From positions 10,581,995-10,645,994 of the forward strand of contig CM082585.2 in the NCBI GenBank assembly GCA_040954595.2: DNA of 64,000 nucleotides. The letters run 5' to 3'. This DNA is from Balanoglossus misakiensis. Its lineage: Eukaryota; Animalia; Hemichordata. This document shows, piece by piece, positions 1 through 12,084 of this stretch; the stretch's first letter is position 1; the number at the start of each line of letters is the position of its first letter. The notes under the pieces were generated by a model. The model ran no database searches. It was not told where the DNA came from and saw nothing but the letters and a program-made list of their open reading frames with translations. The translations under genes were made by a program, and so were the position numbers.

Positions 1-108
1 AATCATTGCGACACAGAGGGCGTTGTCACCTCAGCTAATCATGGGTCGCGTTATATGCGGTAACGTGGGCAATTAGAGGACCTTTTAACCACTTTTCATT
101 AAACTCAC

Positions 109-2107
109 CGAGTGGAGGATTGTACTTTGAATCAAGAGGCAGAGTTTCCTGGTCGATTCTGTCCAACCCCCACGGAATGGCGGAATCAAGTGAAAACTCC
201 TCGTCTTCTTCCACGTATTCTACTTCTTCAAACCAACGTATCTGGGAAAACGAAAGGCATATGGAATTTTTACTTTCCAGCTTTGTTAATATTTTCTAAA
301 AACAAACATAACAGTCCCTTCCTCAAATTCCCTTGGCATTGTTTTGTCTGAATACAAAGCAACACAACAAGAGCACAGATCAACACACAGACAAAACATA
401 AAGTACTTGTACTAGATCTTACTATTTCCAAGGCATCTGCTGGTATTTTTGCAGTAAAACCTTTCATTATGTTTGTGAGAGTCCGGTGATATTCGATTTC
501 TATTCCCTTTTCTTCGGCAATCTTTTTCAAGTACTCCTCAATTTCAATCATCTCTTCTTCCGTCAGATCTTCCTGCAAAGACAGACAAATGACTTATGTA
601 ATAGGCACTTTGATTGGTCTAGAGGTGCCATGTGACACAAAATGGCTTCCCACGGAGTCAAAACATATGGGTGATTTGAAAATGTTGTTCGACACAGACA
701 AAGAAATAAAAAAACATGCGATGATTTTTGCGCAAAATGCATGGTGAGAATATGTCCACAGGTCGGTGTGTTCAACTGCACGTATTGAATAGAAACAGCT
801 CTTTTGTACTCGGAAGCGTGAGTAAACATTTGAGGATGACACAAGCCGATTAGTAACATTTATGGAACCGATCGTTAAAAACGCATCGACTGTTCATTTT
901 TTCAGTAAATGTGCATCACGTATGGCATGTTTTGTGCAAACACATAAAGAACAGCGAAATTCGGAGTCAATATCCTAAACAAATGCGGCAAATCACTTAA
1001 AATGACTGTAATTACTATAATTCCAGGGCCCATAAGGAGAACATTCACCCTACAACGGATGCGGTGAATGATGCCTGAAATTCCATCAATCATATCATCT
1101 GCGCGTATCTGTTTTCCATTTACCTTAAACTTTATTTTACGATAACAAAATGCAAGTCATTTTTCCTTAATGCGGTTGAACATGGTTCTTTGTTCATATG
1201 ACAGTGTCACAATGACAAAATTTACGGACAGCGAGTGAGGAAAAAATACTCGGGTCACACTTTGAATGCGCGATGACAGCAGTAATCAATTTTGCGATCA
1301 TTGTCAATGTTGCATCGGTTGGGTTCTGGCAGTATTACGGGTTTGTTAACAACTCGCGGCTGAGCATGACGAAGCGAAACTCTTTCAAGAGACGTATTCG
1401 CGGTCCTTCTAAAGTACTTTCGGATTTTATTTACAAAGACAAACTTCTGTTGCACACATGCTCTGTGTATTGAGCAATCGCTGGCCGTGTCCGAATTGTA
1501 GAAGAGAGTTGTGCAGATGTCATAAATTATAGGCTACCCGTATCAAGTGCCAAACGACCGCTGTCGCTTTTGTGTAGAACATCACATGCACCGCACTAAA
1601 CGCATGATTTCGCTTGCGAAACAAGTCTAATCTATGCTTTGGCATGCTTGGGTTAAGGTACGCCCATTCGGACATATGTTATAGCTTGTGTCATGGGGAG
1701 GGGTCACAGTCGGTAAGTGATACTTCGTCATTAATACTTGTCGCGTGTTCTGCTTTTTAGCGCGCGGTATCTTCACATTCCTTCAGCGTCGCTCTATTTA
1801 CCTGTTGTGCGTTTCGTGACACTACCTCGGTTTTCATCGAGTGGTTCGGGGGTCAACATGGACTTGAAAAAGTTTACGACACTTGACTTAAAAGTAGGGC
1901 GTTTTTTCCACCACTGAGAATGTACATAGTTACCAAGAACGACAATAAACCTACCTTCAGCTTCACGATGTATTCATCGGCGACGCGTTCATCTTCCGGA
2001 GCGTGGATCAGCGGCGCCTTGGTATCCCGTTTACCACGCAGGGCAGATGTTTCAAATACAGCGAACGCCAAGTGTAGGACGACGAGAAACGCATATCTTC
2101 GGTACAT
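109..2107 (-). CDS. Secreted subtilisin-like (S8, proteinase K/PCSK9-like) serine protease, 5' part (signal peptide, I9 propeptide, start of catalytic domain); continues off the left edge
   Basis: Coding exons 2107-1955 (MYRRYAFLVVLHLAFAVFETSA...DEYIVKLK), 572-423 (EDLTEEE...TNIMKGFTAKIPADALEI) and 241-109 (IRWFEEVEYVEEDEEFSLDSAIPWGLDRIDQETLPLDSKYNPPL). All introns are GT-AG with phases 0,0,1. YIVKLK...GF.A...VEYVEED is the I9 inhibitor propeptide pattern, and PWGLDRIDQ..LPLD is the mature N-terminus signature of the proteinase K subfamily. Confidence 0.9.
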
Positions 2108-2931
2108 TGTTCCTATGTTTTGGTGGTGCTTGACTTTGAATGGATGTGTTTAATGTCGGATGCCTGAATTAAGAAAGAGACATAAAAAACATTATCGCTC
2201 GTGCCAGCGGCGATGTTAGTGAGAAAAGGTTTGCGCCGTAAAAATATAACGGAGTTTTTAAAAAATGTGTGCTTTCAATCGTTATGTTTAAGTTGGCCGT
2301 AAATCAGGTACCAGGGTTGTCCTCGGTCCGCATAAAAGTTAAGACGACTGTAGTACAAAAAAGGACTGGTGTAGAATTTGTAGTTATAGGCAAACTCAGT
2401 TAGCAGAAAGGTTTAACATTAAATGGTTCAGAATGATTCTGTAAAACTGTGTGTGATGATGATACTGTCCCTAACCACCTGCCCAGATTCTGAAATTTTC
2501 TCTGTATCCACCATCTCAGAAAAAAGGGACAAACTCGACAGTACAAAAAGATTTCCACTTGACAGACATATTAATAGACGGCACGCATGAACTGATGCGC
2601 ACACATATTTGTCGCGAACTGTCGTCGTTCCGACCCTGCAATATACGAGAAAAGCCGTGAACTTACAGAACTCAACTGAAAACCGATCTTCTTGTTGGCC
2701 ACGGCTAAAGATAGTCTGATACGTTCCGGGCTGGGCGCCGCCGTTAAATAGCCGACGAACGGGTGTAGTTCGTCGTAAATTAATGAGTACTCGAATATTT
2801 TCGACGAAAGTGGTCAACACACAAAGATGTTTGACGTCACGCAAAGTTGACAGCTAGGACAAAGCCGAGATCGACAGGAAGGGCGTTAATACCAACCAAT
2901 CGTTAACAAGTTATTGTGTGTAGCATCATAC

Positions 2932-3057
2932 CTGTGCGCATGGGAGCGTTCAGAGTGCGAGTGTATTCGCTGGGATTTCTGAATACAGCCAGGACTTCGA
3001 CAGACCAGAACCATAGACACAGTTACACACACCTGAATTCTATCCCCTCCTTATATA
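2932..3057 (-). promoter_or_regulatory. TATA box and probable non-coding first exon of the S8 protease gene
   Basis: TATATAA on the minus strand at 3057-3051. Donor CAG|GTATGA at 2932/2931. Acceptor TTCAG at 2164/2163, upstream of the ATG at 2107. Confidence 0.55.
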
Positions 3058-4421
3058 GGCGACGTATAGGTAATACACTTGAGGGTACAGAACAAACGAC
3101 TCGCATGATTAATGACACCAATTTTACTTGTATATAATTCACTCCTTCATTGAAAAAAAAAACCGCCAGCAGCCGGGCTTTCGAAGGGATGGGCATAAAT
3201 CATCGATGACGCTGAATGGATAGATGGCATGGCGACCCCAAAGTTCGGAGACCCCCATCATAGTTAAACAACAATGGTGTGCCTTGCATACCGTTGGTTT
3301 GTGGGTTCATCGTTGCAAACGATAGTCATCCCGTATAAATTCCACAGAATGCCGCAAGGGATGTCCGCTCAAGTTGTTTTCACAATGAGTTTGTTCACTT
3401 TTAAAGAGTATGACCATACCACGGTCCGCGGTGAAGATTTGAAGACTACATGTATAGTATGTAAATTGTCTTGTCACCGCGCACACCCACCTGTTCCATG
3501 ACGAACACGCACAGAGAAAATTTACATTCTCGCGCGTTTCACTTCATGCACATGGCGACACGATAATCTCTGAAAGCGACACACAATGTGAGATTATATA
3601 TCATATAATCAGTTTCAAAGATATCCCGGCTTGACCGGAAAGTTACGACGTCGTAACCTAATGACTGCCGATGATAAACTGCGAGGAAAAAAGTCAATTT
3701 CTTTTATGTCCCATGCACCTATACTTGCTCAAGGTGGAGGCATTACACATGTTGAATTCCATATGAACACACCTGGATGACACAGATGACTGACACTCTT
3801 GTAAGGTGCACACATTCGCTATAACTATGTAAGGTAAATTAATCAACGTTGGAAAACAGCAGAGAAATTTTCACAAACTTGTTCTGTACACACGCTAAGA
3901 GCTCTTCACGAATTTCACTAGGAAATAAATTGTATGTCTGGTATTTTAAGTGTTCACTATGTGATTTCCTTTAATTATGGAATGATTTCAAAAATGCATC
4001 GCGATTGTATCAACTGGCCCACTGCCTGTAGAGATAGACACGTTTTACGCAAATGTTAGTGATGTTACCAACGCTTTGAAAACCGCACGATTATTCATTC
4101 ACGTGTCAAAATTCCCCAAATCTTTCTTCAGTAAACATGCGTGTACTTCCGCAGTTTGCGGGCATGAACAGAATTGAATTTGACAAGTTCCGGTGATAAG
4201 GATTCTGGGAAATTTTACTTGCGCATGGTGTGTTAACTTAACCTTGAGTAAACCCTACAAGCTGACTCAATCAACAGTTTTAGTAGATTTCTCTGAAGGA
4301 TGATTGGTCATCATTCTCAGAAATTCAGAAATTTCTACCAAAAAGCAATACAGGTAAAACCACACCTTATAGCTTTCTCTGAACCTAACATTACGCGACC
4401 TTGAAAACTTCAAAGCTGTGA

Positions 4422-4548
<127 letters not shown>

Positions 4549-6227
4549 TTCTCTCAAAATTTGGGCACATTCCATCATCTTCATTGACCAATTCAATAAA
4601 AAGATATTGGCTTAATTCACGAGTTTGTTTTTTCTATGGTCACCCTCAACTAACGCTTTCCGGATTCCTTAATATTCTGCTTGAAATATGGCGCGTAAAC
4701 ATTTCCGGTGTTTTCTTCCATATGTCCGTTGCTATGGTACAACTCCACACTCAAGTAAGTGTTTGGCATCAGACGCCATGTTTATAATTATGACCGCATA
4801 AAATGTTCTTCCTCATATTGACAATAACATCCTTCTTTTTCCAGATTGCCTCGGTATTCATTGACATCAGAAAAATGTTTATCAAAACAAATCCCTGTGC
4901 CTTACCCTTTTCTGCAGCTGCCGTTATCTTCTGTTGCTGCCTGATGGTTATTCACCAAACAATGTCTATTTATTACTAAATAAGGCTACACCCACAATAC
5001 CAAAATTCTGACCAATTTGTGAAAGAAGAACGCGCCCCTCCCACTGGTAGGACCCATCTGCGCTCCCGACCGAGGCTAAAGTAAAAATTGAACGGTGGAC
5101 TCGGCGCTGTTGTTGGCATTGAAAGAGATAAAAAGGCCGCCAATGTCGGTGGTTTTGCATCGCGGAAATTTACGACCGCCTTTTAACGCCGCCAAAAATG
5201 ATATTCATTTTAACTGTTCGACTTATTGGCAACATATGGCGGAAGGTTATTGTTAATCAATGGCCAACAGTTCCATGCTGGTTTCAACAATCTGTATGAA
5301 ATTGTTAGGAGATCTGCGGATCGCAAAAGTGCGCCGTTTTTTGGTAATTAAGTGTAGCTATGTATTTGAATTGCACCGAGGTAGTCAGTTGGAAATTTGC
5401 AACTCATATTTTTTATTAAACATGCTTACAGGACACTTGGTTAAATATGTCATCATTTATGTTTGTAGTGACCGTATTTTCTACCCGCATTGTACGGAAG
5501 CAACTGCTCACGATCATAAAACACAAGCTATAAAAACAACAGATAAACTTTACAAGTAATGTGGTTGTTATCAATCACCATTGACAGAAGAAGATCGGTC
5601 ATATGTTTACAACTCGTGTAGTTTTATTGGGGACCTTTTGTTGCGAGTCATGACAAAGGCTGGTTTTTGTCATCACCTTTGTTTGGACTGACAATATGAA
5701 TTATTTTTGTGATCGTTTATCGATTTGGTTATTGTATTGTATTGTTTGTTTGTTCCGGTGTTCTTCTCGGGTTGGTTCATACGTATCTATCCGATTGAAC
5801 GATTGGCGTCGTTCATCGTATGGGGTACAGATGTTTTCCCAGGTGTGACCCCGAGGTCAACGTCTGTGTCGTCGTCCACCACAATTTATTAAAGATTGTC
5901 TGCACGAGTTTGGACGAAAGATTCATTGAAACGATCACACCACAGCCGGACTTGAATATATGCATGAATAACTGAAGGTCAGATTATGAATGATGGGAAA
6001 AGGACAAAAATAGATCACTAGCAAGTGCATTAGCGTCACAAGTAAATCAAAATTTACATTTATCATTTGTAAATTAATCGGTGTCGTTGCGCGCGCATGT
6101 TCATTTCCATCAAGGTTGCGAACAAACGAGTACAGGTGAAGGTTAGGTGCTTATTTTTCAAAATTAAAATAGGACTTCAGATTTGGTAAAAACATTTTAA
6201 TTTGGTGACACGCCTGTCTTTGTTTTG

Positions 6228-6269
6228 TTCGTTCATTTGTTTGTTTGTTTGTTTGTTCGTTTGTTTGTT
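6228..6269. repeat. (GTTT)n imperfect microsatellite
   Basis: Tandem GTTT/GTTC units. Confidence 0.8.
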
Positions 6270-8413
6270 CCAACGCAGATTTATTTGTCTACTAGAACAT
6301 CTATATCCCTAAGTAAAATGCGTATCACTAGCCTATAATGTAGCATGTTTTCAGACGCGAGGTAAGATTCCAACCTAAACGCCTGTTATATGTACCATAC
6401 TGTACTATAGTATGTGAGCCAATGGCTCCAATCCAGCAATTTAGGTCAATTACACACACATAGGGGCTTTGAACTCATTATCACCACTATTAAGGCCATG
6501 GCACGTACAGACATTAAAACACATTTTCGGGAAGAAATGAATGGGCCATAGCTGACATGGTTAAATCCAGGTCATATTTTGAACTCGCATGAGTGTTGAC
6601 TATTGCCATAAATTTTGCACTCACAAAAAGGAGAATTTGAACAAGCAACGTACTCCGGCTGTGAATACGCTCTCAAGGATGTCCCCAATTATAACCGCAT
6701 TTGTTTCATATTATTTATTCGGGCTATCAAAACATGACTGACATAACCTCGACCAATTTGTAAAGTTATACCACCTTTAATTGCTTTTCACGGCCCTCAG
6801 TGTTGAGGATGGCCAGCTAAGTTTAAACCGTGTCCTTGCTTTTGACAGATGCGATTGTAATAACGTTTTATGGGGTTGGGATGAAATGGCTACCGATTGT
6901 GACACAAAGTCACTTCAGGCTGGCTCTAGCTGTCTACACATGACATAAACTTTGTGAACTGTAGTTAAGCTTATTATAAGTCTTTCATTTCTCTGCCAAC
7001 ATTGCTTTCACGCGTTGGCTGAAAGCGTGTAAAAAGATCGATATTTGCACAACTGCATTGTCCGATGCGGTAACCACGTGCGGTGATCGATCAAAATTCG
7101 GATTTAAAATGGGTTCTGTGCGTTCAATAATTACCTAATTCTGACACCCAGCGAGATTTATTCACATCAGAAGGGAGAGCAATTTCCAGCAAATCATCTT
7201 TATCTGCTTTTCTACATTTCCAAATTATCTTATGTAACAAGGTGTAATGACTTGCATTTTTGTATCTCTCAGCTTTTGTCGGCATGATGACGTCATGACA
7301 GTGGTATCCAATTTGTCAACCTACAATTGTATGTTGTCGAGTTCACGTGATCGATCGTTTCCCGCAAAGAGCAATTTATTATAACTACATATTGAACAAA
7401 ATCGTGAGAAAACGTGCATTTGGACGGCAATGAAACATGTTTAATGGCGCGGTTAATATTTTAGAATATTTGGAACTAACTTTTGAACAAACATCTGACA
7501 AAAATGTAGATTTATGTAACCATCAATGAATTTTAAAAGCAAACAAAACTTTTTTCACATGCTTCAAGTACAATCAGAGTAAAGTGGCTCTTTCCTGGCA
7601 TTTATTCCGTCAAGTAACTGATTTACTTTTAGCGTGTAATGAAGAACAGCGTCCTCACTCGTCAGGATGGTGAAATCCTAAAATGTTATAAGGGACGGTC
7701 GACGTCAGGGGATGCTGACTCTCAAGATTGGATTTCCATTCACTGTCAGAAAGCTAATCAAGCGTTCGAATATTTAAAAACATATTGGATGGAATGGATG
7801 TTACTTATTTATCTATTCGTCATGAAACATCTTCTCATAGTAATTAATAAACAACCACAATGGGATTATTATATACATTATAATAAATAAACCCGCTTAC
7901 GCATGGACAAAAAATAAGTGGAGTTTGAAAAGTAGATCGGGAATAAAAACATCCAATGACCCCACCTAGACGGTCTTTTGAAATGTTTTAACCTCGGTGG
8001 CGTAGTAGTGATTTCTTTGGGTTTATTCACGCGTTCACTGGTTTGTATTGTTACTCAATATTGTGGTGGATCACAATTCTATAATGAACAGAGGACAAAT
8101 GTCCCGGATGATCGTAGCCCGGAGTTGAGGTCAACCGAGTTCTGATAGCTGTACTTTCCCAGCTAGTACTCTGAGGCGCTTGAAATCACACGTTATTCAA
8201 GACCACGGGTACTCAGACGGGCGGACACCACACGATATTTAGTCATTGCACCTGGTTGGAAGTCCAACAGCTGTTTCTACCAGCGATCGATAGCGGGTGA
8301 AGTGATAATACCGCAAGACTGATGCGCAGATCGCTAAAACTGTCGCGGAAGTTCTTGGTCAAGACGTAAACGCGATCGCATTAAGCAAGACAGCACTGAG
8401 GTGATCGTAAAAT

Positions 8414-11400
8414 ATGGCAGTCTGTCATTATGTGAGATTGTTAAGTATTCTGCTCTCGTTGTGGCTGACAACACAACAAACAGAAGGTACGTTGTTCTCA
8501 AACAAGTATATATTGTACACACGTCCGTCTGGACCACAAGAAGGCCTATGCTCACAATCGCAAAAGTAATTGTATTATGGTTGTGTATTCCTTTCTAGAT
8601 CGAATTCACTGTTAGCTGTGGACCCACAACTATTTTTGAATATTTTCAGAACATACGATTTCTGTGATTGGTTGTCCGAGAAACATACACGTGGAAACTG
8701 ACCCCGGAAAAGCCTACGCAACGGTAACATGGCAACAACCCGTGCTGCTGAACGATTCGTCCGAGGTACCCCTCGTGTCAGAACACCATCACCCAGGCGA
8801 CGCTTTTCCAATCGGGGAAACGACAGTTGACTATATCGTGGCGGATTACGTCATCAACGAATATTTTTACTTGTGCGGTTTCACTATCACGGTGGAAGGT
8901 GCGAGAGAGGGGAGGAAGGGAGGGGGGTTAGGTGTATGAGTATGGGACGGCGTTCACATTACATCATGCAAGTGCCTTACATCTGACTCAAAATTATTAT
9001 AACGACAATAAATATGATGGGTGCTACACGTAATACTTATTTCTGTAATGTCTTATCATAGATCTGGAAAGGCCTTACTTCAAAAACTGTCCGATCTACA
9101 TTGTCGAGTACGGCACACCGGGGTCTGAACGATACATCTCATGGAGTGAACCCAAGGCCTACGATAATTCTGGTTCTGTCAATGTTACATCATCGCTCAC
9201 CCCACCTGTGCTTTCACAGCTGGGATTTACGGAGGTTGTGTTTGTTGCAAAGGATGGTGCTGGGAACACGGACCGTTGCTGGTTGACGATTGAACTTCTG
9301 TCATTAAAAGGTTGGTGTGTGGGGGTAGGGATGGGGAGGAAGCGACATTTGCAGTCAGTCAGGGACCAGGTGCCATTTTGATGGATGGATGGTTGGTTGG
9401 TTGGTTGGATGGAAATACTTTGGCCGTTGTTTAAAACAATAATTGCTCCCAGAAATCAGAGTAATACGTACACACGTACACTCTGAATGTCTCTCATAAA
9501 AAAAACTTTGTACAAGAATGCAACAATTGTCAACCAGTGGCAAACATCGATACGGATTTACAACTTTCCATGTTTATATATAGGTATTCCCGAGAATCAA
9601 AAATTAACATTGCACATGGTCATCCTGAATGCAGAGTACACTGGTGAGCAAGCTTCCCCAAGTTCGCGACAATTCAACAGCCTGGCCTATAGAGTAGAAA
9701 AACCGGTAAGTTCAGTTAAAGAATTTGGCGCCATTCAATACTTCTGCTACTTACAGTTTGGTGTGTCTCGTATTTGTGGCTAAGAGGTTTGTCTTTACCA
9801 TATCAAACATATTCTCTATTTTAGCTGAATGACCTTCTCGGTGCGTCGATATCTAACTATCAAATGAGTACAGTTTCAGAGTTTGGGTACGTAAAAGTAC
9901 ATACACAAGCATATATGTTTTCTTACTAATAACATATACGTTAAGTAAAATAGAATTTTCAGCTGTCGAGAAAAGGGATTTCAACTCTTGTAAATGAGAG
10001 AGACAATGCATGTCGTCGACGACAAACATACACAGCTAGAATGCGTGACGATGTCACTTGTATTTTATACAGCCCTAGCAACAGCATACAAACGAACGTC
10101 ACCTTGGTATTCCGTGATCGCATGACAACAGATGAGAGAATGGAAACTCTGAAACTTGCGTATGAACATATTAGGACTCAGCCACTTGGTAATCTGGCCA
10201 TTGGCGAAAGCATCCAGGTTTATGAACACGACGGTATGTGGGCGACATTTTCGTTACATAAAAATGGCGTCAGTATTGCATTGTATTGTATTGTATTGTG
10301 TATTGTTCTGTACTAGTATTTTCCTACGTTGTACTGTACTGTACTGTACTGTACGATAATGTAGTGTACTTCGTCAGAAGCAATATGTTAATATCTTTAC
10401 AGGAACAGTTACGGATGTCACTTGGTGTTATCTGAAACCGTGTAGGGACGGAATGACGTGTACTGTATTGCAAGACAAGTGTGTGGCGACATGCTCAGAA
10501 AATCCAACGTATTGTCTGAACGGTGGCAGTTGTTACAAAAATCTGCGAACAGATTTGATTTCTTGCAGGTGAGCATGCGCAGTCTGCCTGCCAGCCTCTT
10601 TCGCTACCAACAGAAAATACTGAACGAGGCACGCAAAAATTGTTAATTATTTATTTTCTTAATTATGTATTTTTCCTATCTATTCCAGCTGTCTCGATTC
10701 CCAATATTACGGAAGAAGATGCGAAATACACGAGTTAATAAGCGGTATGTTTATCTTATGGAAGACTACGGTCACGTCCAATGTTTATGTCTTTTACGAC
10801 TTAATTTTATCACAGCTGAACCAGAAAGGCATTTTCACTCAGCCATAAAAATTAAAATTAACGAAACTCCTAGAGGCTGGAAGGTTAGACTTTGATTGGT
10901 CATTAACGAACAGATCGCCTAACAACTTTTTTTTTTTTTTTTCAGACGCCCAACTGATTGCTATGGTAGCCGGCTCAGCTTGGGCGTGCATTTTCCTCGC
11001 TGGTGGATTGATCATATGTTTGGCCAACTCAACATGTTGTTGTGGTCGACGACGCGAGTAAGCCCCCTGCATATAAATTCTTAGACAAACATGGCCGCCA
11101 CATGAGCTTCAATGGCCTTGTGGGAAGACGTATGTCACGTGACATAGCACTAAGTATATACATGTAAATGTATGTGCACATGCAGTATTGATTCCAGCCT
11201 AGCTGTCCTGAAATCCATAAATTTAAAGCATGGTTTCAGCGCAAATGAAGACACCACATGTTTCTTGTGTACAATATCAATATTTTCAGGACAAAACTTA
11301 TTTCATCGTATCATAACTACTTTACAGGAAAATGATCCGGCAAAGAACCAGTTTCGTGGAAATGCAGACGATGGACACTGTTTGCTTTCAGAAAACCAAG

Positions 11401-11550
11401 GATGTGCAAACAAGCGACGACCAAGAAGTCGTGACGAGCGACAGCGGTACCTGCAATATCGCTTACGGAGACTTCACTGTTGGCTCTCACAGCGAAGATG
11501 GTAACGTGCAGTTAAGAAGTGTGCCCTCAACGTTGACCTCTGCAAAATAG
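8414..11550 (+). CDS. Type I membrane protein: signal peptide, 2x HYR, SEA, 2x EGF-like, TM, ~80-aa cytoplasmic tail (~490 aa)
   Basis: Ten exons, all GT-AG and phase-consistent: 8414-8486 (MAVCHYVRLLSILLSLWLTTQQTE), 8650-8898 (HYR1, GCPRNIHVETDPGKAYATVTW...FPIGETTVDY...CGFTITVE), 9062-9310 (HYR2, DLERPYFKNCP...ISWSEPKAYDNSG...VFVAKDGAGNTDRC), 9584-9705, 9825-9886 and 10073-10233 (SEA-like, NAEYT...SPSSRQFNSLA), 10403-10568 and 10689-10744 (EGF-like, YCLNGGSC...CSCLDSQYYGRRCE), 10946-11057 (TM LIAMVAGSAWACIFLAGGLIICL, then CCCGRRR), 11328-11550 (stop). Total 1473 nt. Confidence 0.85.
10275..10354. repeat. (ATTGT)n/(GTACT)n pentanucleotide repeats in an intron
   Basis: Tandem ATTGT units followed by GTACT units. 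Confidence 0.75.
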
Positions 11551-12084
11551 GGCCGGCAGACTTTCACCAAAGGTCAAAGATTTTATTATGGTTATGCATT
11601 TGAATATTATACGGAGAGTCTGACTCTATAATGATTCACAAACTCAGAATTTAAGATAGTGTAGTCGTTTAAAACTTCAACCTTTACTTCAAAACTAAAA
11701 TCTCCAAAACACAAAGTATTGAGTAGAAGAGTAATACAATAAAAACAGAGAAACATGAGGTGTACGTGTGCCATGCTGTGAAGTGTTTCGTTACAGTGGG
11801 TGTAGGTGATAGCTTGCACTTGATTCCAAATGACTTCGTGGAGATGAAAAAAGTTACATATTAAGCCGCAGCTTGACATGACAGCAGAGCTGTGACGCCA
11901 TCTTGCGACCATCATCACGTGACAAGACATGGCAACAGATATACTGAGCTTTCCAAGGCAGGTTGTTACCAGCTGCGTCTCCATGGCCAACCGGAACCAC
12001 GCACAGCCCTGTCATGCCACGAACACCTGAGACACGCTGTGCGAAGCAGCACTTTCACAACTGACAACATGACTTGAGTTTTAA

